DNA of 60,609 nucleotides, counting the filler, from Jimgerdemannia flammicorona (lineage: Eukaryota), in assembly GCA_003990765.1 (NCBI GenBank). It is 3 parts of 3 records of this genome, joined end to end, with 100 filler letters (N's around TTAATTAATTAA, not from the genome) between each part and the next. Parts side by side here need not be neighbours in the genome. Positions count along the whole stretch, not along the records: positions 20,241 to 40,379 come from RBNJ01001751.1; 2 more parts are not named here. One strand, 5' to 3'. The notes under the pieces were generated by a model. That model made no database searches and was not told where the DNA came from. It saw only the letters and a program-made list of their open reading frames with translations. Positions within the stretch are counted from its first letter, which is position 1. The number at the start of each line of letters is the position of its first letter. Shown in pieces: positions 26,094-40,379 of this stretch. Both the position numbers and the translations under genes were made by a program.

Positions 26094-29000
26094 CTTCAAG
26101 TAAGGTTTTATTCATTGTAGAAGAAATAAGATACATCGGAGTAACAAACAGCAAAGACTCCTAAGATGAGAAAAGCAAAACAAGGCCAGTGAGGTAAACA
26201 ACTAGCTAAGAAGTACAAACAAAGGCCAGAGAGGTGACCACACTATGGATGGATTGGATAAAACCATTTTGTCGTGGCCATAAAGATAATAAATGCAAAA
26301 GCAAGGAAAAGGAAGGCTAAGATATAATACACATTTGCCCAGTACCAACTACTTGATCCATATCAACAACCAAATACCAAATGACTGACATGAGATAAAT
26401 AACTCAAAGTGCTCTCAACAACAAGGGAACTAATCAAGGCAAATGAGGGGAAAGAAGGGAATAAAGAAAATGTATGATAGCTCGATTACTGAAGCATCTT
26501 GGTAATCTCAGTCAGGCAGAACCCAATCGCGAAGTGGCCACCAGAATTACACATGGTATCGATAGCATGATAGGCCATCTCGTGAAGAGTGTGAAGAGGG
26601 TAGATGCGAAGTTCCTCCTACCATTTGTCATTGGTAAACCAATCGAGCTATTTATCATGATCGGAAGAACCTCGGAAAGCAGAATATGAACTATCGAGAA
26701 GACCACACCTGAGGAGATGGCCACAATGAAACTTATCTCTACAGGGGCAGGGGCGGGGTTGGCCAAAGTAGCCATAGTACCAGGCAAGGGCAGAATGCAC
26801 CAGCCGGGGGGAGAAGGAAAGGATGTGGTCGGCGCCCTGTAACTGCAAGCGGCCTTTGGGGGTGATGTACCGAATGAGAGCCTGGGAGGAGGAGGCTCAT
26901 TCCTGCAGGAGCTGATCCCAAAGGAAAGACTGGAGGAAGGAGCAGAGCAAGCGAGTCTTGTGGACCTGGGGACGTAGGTCCCAGTACCAGTCGAGGAAGT
27001 CAAGCCAAGAGGTCCAACACCGGAACTTGTCAATGATAGAACCCGGGGGATGCGTGACAAAGCGCTCGATAAAGGGGCTGATGGGGTTGTTGCTGGACTT
27101 GCTACACCAATCTAGGTGGGCTTGGAACATGCAGCAGAGGTCAGACATATGATGGAGGAAGGAGGGGAGGCTGAGAATCAAACTGTCAAGCAAGAGATGG
27201 CTGGAAAACCCAACTGCCCAAGTGATAGCATCATCAAAGACCTGCTCGGGATACTTCAACACCTGAAGCCCCATGGTAGTAGCCAGACAGGAGGCATGTA
27301 GAAGGGGAAGGCCATACCCCAGCTGAGGCCTGAGGAATGTTCGTACAATGGCCAGCTTGACCATTGGCAACCCGAGAGGACCACGAGTATGGCAGAACCC
27401 AAGAGTTCATTCCATCTTTGCCACATTCTGTAATGTAAGACTGATAAAGACAAACTCTTTGTTGGTGTACGGCATGCCCAGGTATATGTAGGAGGGGAGT
27501 CATAGGCAGGGTTTGCCCCCAATCAGCACAGCACAGTCGGAAGGGCCAACATAACTGCACTTCTTGGGGTTGAGCTTCATACTATTTGCCTGAAGCCAAT
27601 CTTCACAGAAGTCAACCATCCTCTGCCCTTCCATGGCAGTATATGGGGTGAGGGTGATATCACCAGCAAAGAAGAGCCCAAGGGGAAAGTCTTACTCCTT
27701 GAACTCCTCATCAAAGGAGGTGGTGAGGGGGTCGATAAAGACATCAAATAGCCAAGGGGAGAGGAGGGAGCCCTGAAAGAGACCTGCTCAGTTGGGACCA
27801 AAGGTGTGACGAGGCCATTAACAACCACCTGATAAGAACAGTGGTTGAACAGGCTTCGGACAATGCTATGGAGGGCCACTTCAGCACCTCATGCCTCAAG
27901 TTGAGAGAGAATGAGCTTGAGGGGGACTCGGTCATATGCCTGCCAGAGGCCAAGGAAGATATGGTGGCCCCATCCCTTGACCCACATCTCATGCGATAGC
28001 AAGACATGGGAGAGAGACGAGAAGCGGGTTCAGAAGCCACCTTGGCAGTGTGACATTTCTGTTAGACCACTTCAGCTCTTGACGTAACCTTCCAAGCACC
28101 GCTCGAAGAGTCGACGAAACATTTCAGTCAGGGCAATAGGGCGAAACCCATCAATCGTACATAATTCCTCCTTCTTAGAGACTGGGGTGATGATGGCAGA
28201 GTTCCAGCGACAGGGAGTGAGCCCCCAAACCATGTACATCTGGAAGAAGAATGAGAGAGCCTTCGACAGGCTACAGGGGGCATCCTTCTCACCTACCATC
28301 ACCCGAAGGATCTGGACATACAAGGAGTCAGCACCACAAGCCTTCGAGAGGGGGTATCTGTGGATAGCCCTCTAAACAACAGGTTGGTCAAACCAAGACT
28401 GTAGTCCAAGAGTACCCATGCCAAGGGGAAAGACATCCTCAGAGTCATCAAGACAGAGGGAGACATCTGGCTGGCCGAAGATAGTGGTGAAGTGAGCAAC
28501 CACATCATCAAACACCAGGACATTGGGGGAGCGAGATTGGAGGGGTATGAGGGGGGTGGAGTGGTACACTCACTTGAAACCACAGATGGCATCAGAGACT
28601 GAAGATATACTGCAAAGAAGGTCCCACCGAGGAAGTGGCGCCACCCTGATTTCCCTTGCATTATATGAGCCAAGAATGTCCTCACAGACTGACTGTAGAC
28701 CAGAGGTCGAGAGAATCCACAAACTGCTGGTGGTCTTCCATGGAGCGAAAGCCAGCGACATGATCTCTGATAGAGTAAATGGACCTGATAATAGTATCAC
28801 AAATGATATCCAATGATTCCCAAAGGTGGGCTTGAATGACTGGATCAGTCAGGTATCTCACAGAGTAATAACGGATGCCAGCCCAGGCAGCAACCAGCGA
28901 GGAGGAGAAGGGGAAGGAGCCAGTGAGGAGGGAGGGGTGGTTGATAGTGATAGGAGGGGTAGAACATGTAAGGGATGTATGGAGGGACACAGTGGTAAAT

Positions 29001-31227
29001 GCATGGTCAATGCATGTGGATCCAGCCACTGGGGTCAGGTGGTTCAATGACCATGTCATCAAGGAGGTATTGATGACATCCATCCAATCGCAGGGATCAG
29101 AGTTGATGTCACCAAGGCAGGCACCGAAGTGGGTATTGATATCAACATTCAAAAGGGCCTTACCCAGGAAGGGTTCAGACACTAGATCTCAAAATCCACC
29201 AATAGGAAGAGTGGGGGGGGTGTAAACCCCAACCAAAGCCAAGCCCTGGAATATGAGCCAGATATGGAAGGGGTCGGCAGAGGACCCAGAAATGAGAGGG
29301 GCGAAGCAGTTTGACACAAGGACTATGAGGCCACTATTCTGATGACCTATGGTCCTGTGCGATGCCAGGGGGGAGGACATATGAATGAGCAGAGAGGGAT
29401 GCAGTGGAATGTACTATGCTTCACATATGAAAAGAACATCAAGGGCAGGACCAATCAATTGACTGAGCACATTGAACTTGTCCTGGGGTAGTCTGTGTGT
29501 ATTGAGGAACCCAACTCTCATTGGGGGCCAGGCTAGTTAGCACCAACAGCATGGGAAGCACCTGAGGAGGAAGCTTCAGCTTCCAAATCCATCAGCATAA
29601 CACCTGTCATGCCCACAGTACCACCTGCCTTTGAAGTAGGGCCGGCTGATGGAGGGGCAACAGAGGGGAGAGTAAGGCCGAGGTCCGCAGCCCAAGCTCT
29701 GTAGAAGGTCTGCACCTTAGGCCTCTTCACAGTAGCTTCGCCAGCCAACTGCCGGACCTAGGCGTGGAATAATTGGAGTACCCATGTCTTTATGGCCTCC
29801 AGGGCAGTCTTGTTGCAGGGAAGCACAGAGTCCCAGGCCAATAGCACCGAGACCCCGAGCCTTTCATCTTCTTCTGGAATGCCATGACATAATCAGGGCA
29901 GAGCAGGAATTCACTTGTCGATGCCGAGATGTATAACATATTGAGAACTTTTGACAACATTATATAGACGTTGTGCAAGTTCTTCTGGATCTGCCTGATC
30001 TTCAGATGGGCAAAACCATCAACGTAAACGCACTGCAGCTTAGTGCCCTTCTCAGTCAGCGACAAATAAGAGGTCGGCTTGTGGGTCATGCGTGAAAGGC
30101 TGGCAGTGGTGGCTGCCCTTTCCGTCTTGGGGTAGGCCTGGGTCCTATCCTTAATAGAAACCTTCTTGGCAGCAGCAGCATACGATTTAGGAGAGGTGGG
30201 GGTCGAAGCAGGGGATGGAGACGGACCAGCGGCACTGGGTCCCACAGGTGTAACCTGGGGCACTGGTCCAGGGGCCTTGCCCTTGCCCTTTTTAGGGGGC
30301 ATGGCTTTAGTGGCTGGAGGCACAGCCATGGGAGTTGCCTCCTTTGGTGGTACACCAGACTGTGACATGGTAGCTTTAGTGGCCTGCTTATCTGCTCTCT
30401 TCTAGGCCTTCGACTGTGTGTTTGTGGTAGGTCCAGTGAGAGGGGGGGCCGAGGACTTGGGGAGGGCAGATGTGGAAGGGGTGGTGGGGGTACTTCCTGA
30501 AGGAGTACCAGATGATGAGGGGGTGGTCGGTACCAAATATGCAGTAAGCTGCGCCATCAGCTGGGTGTTGATCTTGGCCAGTTCGGCTACTTGAGTCAGC
30601 AGATCCGAGATCTGCTTCCTCATTATGGTCATCTCCATTACCATATTGTGGTCAGCTGAGGGGCCCGCATGACTGGCAGTCAGGGTCATACCCAAACTAG
30701 TGTTCGGGCAACCATGCTTATTCCGATTGAGAGGCAGGGGTATGGGAGAGTAGGGGGGACACTGGGCATCATGGTCCAAATTGGAAGAGATCGCAATCTC
30801 TTTATCATCTTCTGCATCGCGCAGGGAAGATAAATACGACAAAATCGGTCATACATCCCCGCACGACCTGCACATCGCCGTAAGGCTACCCTCACCAAAG
30901 CCAAGAGAGAGAAGACCAATGCTGTAATATTCAGCATAGTGGAGAGAGGTGCTGAAGTACGCGAAAAGATGGGTAGTATTGCCATCATCACCGATGACAG
31001 TGGAGGTGGCCAATATTGCCGAACTAGGCAGAGGTATATTTGTTTGTATTTGTGAAATTGTGAAATGTGAGTCACGTGACCTTTGTTTGTATAATGAAAA
31101 AATAATGGAGAAGGGGGTATTTATACCCAATAAGAGGCTTAGCTAATCAAAGTAACTGCTTTCTTAATTTTGAATAGCTTCGGTCCATAAAACTGAGTCT
31201 AGCCAAATGGGGAAATCATGTGAGTGG
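26094..31227 (-). mobile_element. Telomeric APE-RT LINE copy 2 (full length, disrupted)
   Basis: Colinear with the other copies from CTTCAAG to GAGTGG. Confidence 0.92.
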
Positions 31228-31238
31228 TTAGGGTTAGG
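31228..31238 (+). repeat. Telomeric linker TTAGGGTTAGG
   Basis: Junction of copies 2 and 3. Confidence 0.9.
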
Positions 31239-34200
31239 CTTCAAGTAAGAATTTATTCATTGTAGAGAAGATAAGATATATTAGAGTAACAAAAGACAAA
31301 GACTCCTTAAGAGGAGAAAAGCAAAGCAAGGCCAGCAAAGTAAACAACTAGCTAAGAAGAACAAAACAAAGGCCAGAGAGGTGACCACCCTGTGGACAGG
31401 CTGGATAAAACCCTTTTGTCATGGCTGTAAGGATAATAGATGCAAAAAGCACAAAAAGGAAGGCTAAAATAAAATACACATTTGCCTGGCACCAACTATA
31501 GGAACTTTATTGACAACTAAACACCAAATGACTGACATGAGATGAATAACTCAATGCATTCTCAACAATGGGGGAACCAACCAAGACAAATGAGGAGAGA
31601 GAAGGAAATAAAGAAAATGTACGATTGCTCGATCACTCAAGCAACTTCGTAATCTTGGTCAGGCAGAACCTGACCATGAGGTGGCCACCAGAATTACACA
31701 TGGCATCGATAGCATGGTAGGCTGTCTCATGAAGAGCATGAAGAGGGTAGGTGCAAAGTTCCTCCTGCCATTCGTCATTGGTAAACCAATCAAGCTGTTC
31801 ATCTTGATCAGAAGAACCTCGGAAAGCAGAATACGAACTATCAAGAAGACCACACCTGAGGAGATGGCCATGATGAAACTTATCTCCACAGGGGCAGGGG
31901 TGGGGTTGGCCAAAATAGCCATAGTGCCAGGCAAGGGCAGAACGCACCAGCCAGGGGGGGAAGGAGAGGATGTGGTTGGCACCCTGCGACCACAAGCAGC
32001 CTCTGGGGGTAATATACCGAATAAGAGCCTGGGAGGAGAAAGCCCATTCCTGAAGCAGCTGATCCCGAAGGAAGAACTGGAGGAAGGAGTGGAGCGAGCG
32101 AGTCTTGCGGACCTAGGGACATAGGTCCTAGTACCAGTCAAGGAAGTCAAGCAAAGAGGTCTAGCACCGGAACTTGTCAATAATAGAACCCAGGGGATGC
32201 GTGACAAAGCGCTCGCTAAGTGGGCTGATGGGGTTGTTGCCAGACTTGCTACACCAATCCAGGTGGGCTTGGAACATGCAGCAGAGGTCACATGTATGAC
32301 GGAGAAAGGAGGGAAGGCCGAGAATTGAACTGCCAAGCAAGGGACAGCCAGAAAATCCAACTGCCCAAGCAACAGTATCATCAAAGACCTGCTCGGGATG
32401 CTTCAACACCTGAAGCCCCATGGTAGTAGCCAGACAGAAGGCACGTAGAAGGGGGAGGCCATACTCCAGCTGAGGCCTGATGAACATTCGTATGATGGCC
32501 AATTTGACCATTGGTGACCAGAGAGAACCATGGTCATAGCAGAACCCAAGAGTTTGTTCTGCCTTTGCCGCATTCTGCAATATAAGGCTGACAAAGTTAA
32601 ACCCTTTGTTGGTGTACGGAATGCCCAGGTATATATTGGAGGTGGCTCGCAGGCAGGGTTTGCCCCCAATCAGCACAGAACAGTCAGCAGGGCCAACATA
32701 ACAACACTTCTTGGGGTTGAGCTCCATACCATTCGCCTGAAGCCAATCTTCACAGAAGTCAACCATCCTTTGCCCTTCCATGGCAGTGCGGGGGGTAAGA
32801 GCGATATTATCAGCAAAGAAGAGTCCAAGGGGGACGTTGTACTCCTTGAATAGCTCATCAAAGGAGGCAGTGAGGGGGTCGATAAAGACATCAAACAGCC
32901 AAGGGGAGAGGAGGGAGCCCTGGAAGAGGCCACACTCAGTGGAGACTGAAGGGGTGATGAGGCCATTAACAACCACCTGATAAGAACAGTGGTTGAACAG
33001 GCTATGGATAATGCTAAGGAGAGCTGCATCAGTTCCTTGCTCCTCAAGTTGAGAAAGAATGAGCTTGAGAGGGACTCAGTCGTATGCCTGCTGGAGATCA
33101 AGGAAGACAAGACGGCCCCATCTCTTGGCCCATGTCTCATGCGAGAGCAAGACATGAGAGAGGGATGAGAAGCGGGTTCGGAAGCCACCTTGGCATTGCA
33201 ACATTTCTGTTAGGCCACTTCGGCTTTTGACATATCCTTCCAAACACTGCTCGAAGAGTCGGTGAAACATTTCAGTGAGAGCAATAGGACAAAACCCATC
33301 AATCATATGCGATTCCTCCTTCTTAGGGACCAGGGTGATGATGGCAGAGTTCCACCAGCATGGAGTGAGCCCCCAGACCACACACATCTGGAAGAAGAAC
33401 GAGAGGGCCTTCAACAGGCTACAGGGGGCATCCTTCTTGCCTGCCATCACCCAGAGGATCCGGACATGCAAGGAGTCAGCACCACATGCCTTCGAGAGGT
33501 GGTAGCTGCGGATAGCCCTTCAAACCGCAGGTTGGTCAAACCAAGACTATAGTCCAAGAGCACCCATGCCGAGGGGGAAGACATCCTCAGAGTCATCAAG
33601 ATGGAGAGAGGCATCTGGCTGGCTGAAGATAGTAGTGAAGTGAGCAACCACATCATTGAACCCTGGGACATTGGGGGAGCGAGACTGTAGGAGAGCAAGA
33701 GGGATAGAGCGATACACTTGCTTGAAACCACAGATGGCATCAGAGACCGAAGATATACTATAAAGAAGGTCCTGCTGAGGGAGTGGTACTGCCCTGATCT
33801 CTCTTGCATCAAACAAGCTAAGAATGTTCTCACAAACTGACTGCAGACCAGAGGTCAAAAGGGCATCAAGGGAATCCACGAACGTCTGGCAATCTTCTAC
33901 AGAGAGAAAGCCAGCAATGTGGTCCCTGATTGAGTAGATAGACCTGACAATGGTATCATAAACAATATCCACTGATTCCCGGAGGTAAGCTTGAATGACC
34001 GGATTGGTCAGATATCTTGCAGAGTAATGGCGGACGCCAGCCAAGGCAGCAACTGGCAAGGGAGAGAAGGGGAAGGAGACAGTGAGGAGAGAGGGGTGGT
34101 CGGTAGCGACAGAAGGGGTGGAGCAAGTGAGGGACATGTAGAGGGACGTGGTGGTGAATGCGTGATCAATGTGCATGGATCCAGCCACTGGGGTCAGGTG

Positions 34201-36270
34201 GTTCAGTGACCACGTCATCAGAGAGGTGTCGACAACATCCATCCAGTTACGAGGGCCAGAGTTGACATCACCAAGACAGGCACCGAAGCAGGTATTGATG
34301 TCACCAATCAGGAGGGCCTTACCCAGGAAGGGTCTGAACACCAGATCATAGAAGCCACCAATAGGAAGAGAGGGGGCGGTGTAAACCCCAACCAAAGCCA
34401 GGCCCTGGAACATGAGCCGGATATGGAAGGGGTCAGCAGAGGACCCAGAAATGAGGGGGGCGAAACAGTTTGACACAAGGACCACAAGATGACCATTCTG
34501 ATGGCCCATGATCCTGTACGATGCTGGGGCGGAGGACATGTGAATGAGCAGAGAGGGATGCAGCAGGATGTGCCACATTTCAAACATCGAGGGCAGGACC
34601 AATCAACCGACTGAGCACATCGAACTTGTCCTGGGGTAGTCCATATGCATTGAGGAACCTGACTCTCATTGCAGGCCGGGTGCATTAGTGCCAACAGTGT
34701 GGGAAGCACCTGAGGAGGAAGCTTCAGCTTCCAAATCCATTGCTATCTCACCCATCATGGCCACAGTACCTCCTGTCTTCAAAGCAAGGCTGGCCAGCAA
34801 AGGTGCGAGGGAGGGAAGAGTAAGGCCGAGTTCCGTGGCCCAAGATCTGTAGAAGGTCTGCACCTCAGGCCTCTTCGCAGTGGCTTCGCCAGCCAACTAC
34901 TGGACCCAAGTATGGAAAGATTGGAGTACCCATGTCTTCATGGCCTCCATGGCATTCTTGTTGAGGGGAGTGCAGGATCCCAGGCTGATAGCACCGAGAA
35001 CCTGAGCACCTTCATCTTCTTTTGGAATGCCATAACATAATCAGGGCGGAGCAGGAATTTGATGGTCGATGCCGAGACATACGACATATTGAGAACCTTT
35101 GACAACATCACATGGATATCATACAAGTTCTTCTAGATCTGCCCGATCTTGAGATGAGCAAATCTGTCAATGTAAATGTGCTGCAGCCTAGTGCCCTTCT
35201 CAGTTGGCAACAAATGTGAGGTCGGCTTGTGGGTCATGTGCGAGAGGGCAGTGGCAGCGGCAGCCCTCTCAATCCCGGGGTAGGCCTGGGTCCTTTCTTT
35301 AATAGAAACCTTCTTGGCAGTGGCAGCATATGATTTGGGGGTAGTGGGGGTCGAAGCGGGGGATAAAGATGGACCGGCGGTACTTAGTCCCACAGGCATG
35401 ACCTGGAGTACTGGCCCTGGAGCCTTGGCCTTGCCCTTTTTAGGGGGTGTGGCTTTAGCGACCAGAGGCACAGCTATGGGAGTTGCCTCCTTTGGCGGTG
35501 CACCAGACTGCAATGCAGCAGCTTTAGCGGCCCACTTGTCCACTCGCTTCTGGGCCTTTGACCATATGTTTGCAGCAGAATTAGTAAGAGGGGGGGCCGA
35601 GGACTTGGGGGGGGCAGATGTGGAAGGGGCGGCGGGGGTACTACCCGAAGGAGCACCAGATGATGAGGGGGCAGTGGGTGCAGATCACGCAGCAAGCTGC
35701 GCCATCAGCTGAGCATTGATCTTGGCCAGTTTAGCCACCTGAGTCAGCAGATCCGAGATCTGCTTTCTCATCATCGCCATCTCTGTGACCAGATCAAGGT
35801 CGGCTGAGGGGCCCACACGACCGGCCATCGGGGTCATTCCCAAACTAGTGTTTGGGCAACCACACTTGTTCTGATTGAGGGGCATGGGCATAGAAGAGTA
35901 GGGGGGGTACTGGGCATTGTAGTCCAAATCAGAAGAGATCGCAATCTCTTTGTCATCTTCCACATCACACAGGGAAGATAAAAATGATGATATCAGTCGT
36001 GCATCCCTGCACGACCTGCACATCACTGTAAGGCTACCCTTACCAAAGCCAAGGGAAAGGAGACTGACACCATGACATTCAGCACAGCGGAGCAAGGTGC
36101 CGAAGCACCCAAAGAGATGGGTGGCATTACTGTCATTACTAACGATGGAGGAGGTGGCCGACATTGCCGAATTAGGCAGAGGTGTGTTTGTTTGTATTTG
36201 TGAAATTGTGAAATATGGGTCACATGAACTTTATTTGTGCAACGAAAAAATAATTGTGAAGGGGGGTATT
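31239..36270 (-). mobile_element. Telomeric APE-RT LINE copy 3 (5' UTR interrupted by the hAT element)
   Basis: ORF pieces 32161-32976 (LFFADN), 33547-34602 (APE), 35685-36164 (ORF1 start MSATSS). Homology stops ~100 nt short of the usual 5' end. Confidence 0.92.
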
Positions 36271-36294
36271 TAGTGCTCTGAATGAATGGAGTTG

Positions 36295-36490
36295 ATCCGG
36301 ATGAGATTCGATTCAGATTTGTCATGTGATGGATTCAAATCAACTTGGATTGGTCTCGTGATCTGATCTGGATTGATCCAGATTGATCTGGATTGATCCA
36401 TCCAGATTGATCCATCCGGATTGATCCATCTGGATGATCCATCGGGATGATCCATCTGGATTGACCCATCTGGATTAATCCATTCAGATT
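36295..36490. repeat. Short GGAT/GATCCATC subterminal repeats
   Basis: Many imperfect (GGAT)TGATCC(ATC) units next to the putative TIR. Confidence 0.75.
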
Positions 36491-37209
36491 GAAATCTTTG
36501 GTGACATCACCCTTTCTTTTGTTCATTTCGCTCTTGTTTTTTTTTTCTGCTGCACTTTGGTGACATCACCCTTTCCTTTGTTCCCTCTCTTTTCTTTGTT
36601 CTTTTTCTTTGTTCTTTCCTGCCGCATCACGAGCAAACAAAACAGCAGCCCTTAATTCATACATTGGTCCAGTCTACTCATTTTTCACCCTGTAATGATC
36701 ATCAAAAGAGGGAGTATTCAAGGTGGAAAATGCACTCTCTGCTGACAATGTTAGATTCTTTCTCATATAGACAGCACACAAGCTACTCATCAAGAGCCAA
36801 AGGGGTGATAGCAGTGGCAGTGGTGATGGCGATGGTGGGGATGAGGGAGAATTCTGGCAACAACTCACGGTGGCCCTTTGGACCTCGGAATTCACAGACC
36901 TCACAGCTATGTACACAGCAGCCTTTTTGGAGCAGCCGATAGTAGATGTAGATTGCTCACTCGGCTGCCACTTGTTTACTTATGTTTATTTATTTAAACT
37001 TCCCCAGTACAACCCAATTCACCTTGTGCTTTTCTTAGGGTCCACAGCTCTATGGCGAGATCTGCTGACTTTATTCGCAACATCTGGTCAAGATGAAGAA
37101 AGGCTGGTGGACGTTGCCGGGCATACCTTTGGTGGCTGAGCTGTTGAGTCAATGTATCGCATGGCGGAGGTCTCAAATGTAACAGAAGCAAGCCTTTGTG
37201 AGCAATTCT

Positions 37210-37482
37210 TGTGCAACTCATGCAACTCGTCGGCATGCAACTTATCTGCATGCAACTTGTCAGCATGCAGCTCACTCACTCATGCTCTTTTTCTGAAATA
37301 CCCACATCCATGTTTTATTTAATTTCATTTTTACATTGTCTCTCTCTAAAAAACACCCACACCCACATGCAACCCGCATGCAACCCATCCACACACAACC
37401 CGCCCACCTGCACGCAACCTGCCTGCACACAACCCACCTGCAACCCACCCACACGCAATCTGCCCACATGCAACCCATCTGC
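37210..37482. repeat. CATGCAAC(C)-based minisatellite clusters
   Basis: ~15-nt units at 37210-37270 and ~11-15-nt units at 37366-37482. Confidence 0.7.
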
Positions 37483-37596
37483 ATACTTATCTCGGTCCCT
37501 CAGATCAGGGCTCAGTTCCATTGGAAAGGAGAGTTCAAAGTTACCCAAGTTCAACCATGTCCGGCATCTGATCAAATAGAGAAATTCAAGGGCAAG

Positions 37597-38735
37597 ATGT
37601 TCAGCATGAGCAGTACCAGCATCATTATCAAGGCTTGGGGGACTACATTCGAATCAGAGCCAATCGTACTTGACCAAGGGGTCCATTGGCTAGCAGGAGT
37701 AATCAATGACGAAGAGAACCATATCTTTATTAACGAATGCAGAGAGGTGGTTGCAATGGTGGTAAGGAACCTCTATGGTGATGAGCTTCACTGCCACATC
37801 AACGAGATTTGCGAGGATTGCATCAAATACTGGGTGACAGAGAAGAGGGGGCGAAAAAAGCAAGGAGGGGAGGTTTGGATGGGAATTGGGTATACTACAA
37901 TACTGGCAAAGGGTGGGTTCTGAAATCCCCCACACTCATCTCCCTTTTTTTTTAACCCCTCCCCAGATAAATCACACTCTTTACCAATATACTCTTTTTG
38001 ATACAATTCTAGGGATACACAAGATTCTGTACCCCTACTGGAACTTTAGAAGTGCCATTGAAGAGCAAACTGCGCGCGAGCATGACACGTCCTATGTGGT
38101 GATGGCGGCTATGATCTGGGGTTCTTTGAGCAGATTGGTAGAGCATAAGGCAGGCCAGCTTGGTGGTGATCTCAGCATGGCTGTACGTACGTTCTTGGCA
38201 CAATTTAGCATACCATATGAGGTGAGGAGCTCAGCTTTTTTGAGGTGCTGCAGTCCAGGGGGTTTCTGCAGCCCGGGGGGTTTCTGCCCCCCAAATGCAA
38301 AAAGGACTGACTGGTTGCTGTCCGTTTTGGCAGGTTTCCAAGCCAGGGCTCCCAGGGCTGGACCAAGGGCAGGCATCCACCAGCACAGTCTGGCAGTATG
38401 AGGTCCTGGGCCAAGGGTTCACCCAACCATATGCTCGCATCACATCAGGGGTGCAACCTTTCTCTGCCCATACACACAGATAACAATGTCACCCTGGTAA
38501 TGTTTTACATCCCAGAAAGGAAGGGCCCAACTTGGGAGGATAGCGGCAGAGTCTGATATGACCTTACCTACAGTTTTGGGGTTCCGTTTGTGGCCAACAT
38601 GGCCATCCTATTCCCACCACACGACCACCATGGTACCATCGCCTTCAAGAAGAACTCGGACACAATAGTCATCACACTCACAACGGATGACTGGCTCATC
38701 AAGGCCTGGGACCAGCAGGTGGAGCAGTTTTTGTA
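37597..38735 (+). pseudogene. Spliced cargo gene of unknown function inside the hAT element
   Basis: In-frame GT-AG introns at 37913-38012 and 38222-38333 (CTGAC branch site) join ORF pieces. A frameshift near 38470 and a stop are present. The start is uncertain. Confidence 0.55.
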
Positions 38736-39293
38736 AGGGTTAGGCAATCTTTCATGAGGGTTAGGCAGCCATTTTGTGTGGGTTGGACAGTCTTATGTGG
38801 GGGGGTTGGGCTGGGCACCTCTTATGTAGCACTAGCTTAGCCATTATGCAGGGCCCTACTGGCCCCTCAGCCCTGCTCTGTAGTGCTGCTGGTGTGGCGC
38901 TGTGGCGCAGGGCCGGGGTGCCCATGGGACCCGAACCGGTGACTTCGACCACTGGAAATGCCCTCCAACCGCCAGAAGCACCCTCCGACTGCCAGAAGCA
39001 CCCTCCACCCCAGACACCTTGGTGGCTTGGGGCTGCCCCTATGCTACTGGCAGAGGGCCACAAATTTTGCATGCTCCCTCCACCTGCCCTGCCTGCCAAC
39101 CGACCCCGCCCACTGACCCAGGTGCTGACAGCTTGGGGCTGCCCCTTGTGTGCCCCCTCCGCCACCGCCAACCCTGCCCCACTTTGGCTGCAAACTCTAG
39201 GCCGAGTCCTCAGGTTTTTTTTCCTTTTTGTTAATTTGAAAGGTATTAAATATTCCACAAGGCCAACCAACTTATCTGTAGACCTGCCGAATT

Positions 39294-40350
39294 TTAGCGG
39301 CCTGAGCCCCACCAAGACTTCAGGCACATATATACCCGGATTGTCTCAGCATTCAGTGCACACCTCTTTGGGGCAATGAGGTCCACCCCACCTGAAAACA
39401 CCCACTCGACGGAAGCACTGAAGGCAGGAATTGCCAGGTAGTCCCAAGCAATACCACACAGACTGGGGAAGTCCATTTGATGCAGCTGCACACCTCGGTA
39501 GGTAGAGCGGTAGTTAGATTGGTGGGTTAAATTGGCCCAACACCCGCCTGACAACCCACCTTCCACCAGTTGAGCACCTCTGTGCCCTCTAGCAGGACCA
39601 CGTGGTCACTGGCGAGGTAAATGATAAGTTCGTCTATTGATGGCAGCTCTTCCACTGACAGCTCCCTCTTTCTCTTTCTGCTGAAGTAAATATGGGACAG
39701 GAGGGATCCCTCGGCATATTCATCTGGACTTCAGCCAGAACCTTACAGCAGTGTATAGTTTTTCCGGTACACTTCAATTATAGCCTGCTTGGTTCTCTCA
39801 ATGAAGTGCTGCTCCCAGCCCTGATCTTTATGGTATTGTAGCTTTAAGCATGGGTCCAGCACTGTTCGAAGAAAAGGAGAGTGAGTTTTTGCGGAGTTTC
39901 CTCTGTTTTGGAAGGGGCAACGGCCACATGCTGACATCGACATACCTGTACTAATTGAGTATATGGCGGTATCTGTTTGGATGTAGTATTTTCTAAGCTT
40001 GCTTAGAGCAACCACTACGGCGTCTCTCTGATCTGGGATTAATCATAAATCACCACAACCCTCCAGCCTGTCCTCGAGCTTGTCCTCTAGCCGGTCAATC
40101 AGAAGGTTGTATACCGGTATCGCAGAGCTTATTGTCAGGGTCGTTTGTTTGACTATATCCTTCGTACAATCGTCGAAATACTGTCAGTTATATGTGGTGA
40201 GGTATTGCACTGTGCAGAGGTAGACAAAACGAGTGTGGAGCCAGGGCAACCACCACTTACTTCCAAAACTCTGACAACATTCTTAAGTATGTCCCACTCG
40301 CTTTCACCTAGAGCCTTGGCCCATATTTCCTTATCAGCAGCCATCGTTGA
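39294..40350 (-). pseudogene. hAT transposase C-terminal half with introns
   Basis: hAT dimerisation domain FPSLCGIAWDYLAIPAFSASVEWVFS...LNAETIRVYMCLKSWW; VLDPCLKLQY; LGESEWDILKNVVRVLE. Confidence 0.88.
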
Positions 40351-40379
40351 ATCTATTGGCTTTTTTTTTTTTTTTAAAA

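Larger units (their letters stand above)
36271..40379 (-). mobile_element. hAT-superfamily DNA transposon (one end visible, cut by the gap)
   Basis: Abrupt junction starting TAGTGCTCTG, GATCC-rich subterminal repeats, hAT transposase at 39294-40350. The second TIR and TSD are not in the window. Confidence 0.72.

Noticed and set aside
38761..39379. Overlapping 188-201 aa ORFs on both strands
   Set aside because: GC-rich stretch downstream of the transposase with no recognisable motifs; likely chance ORFs.
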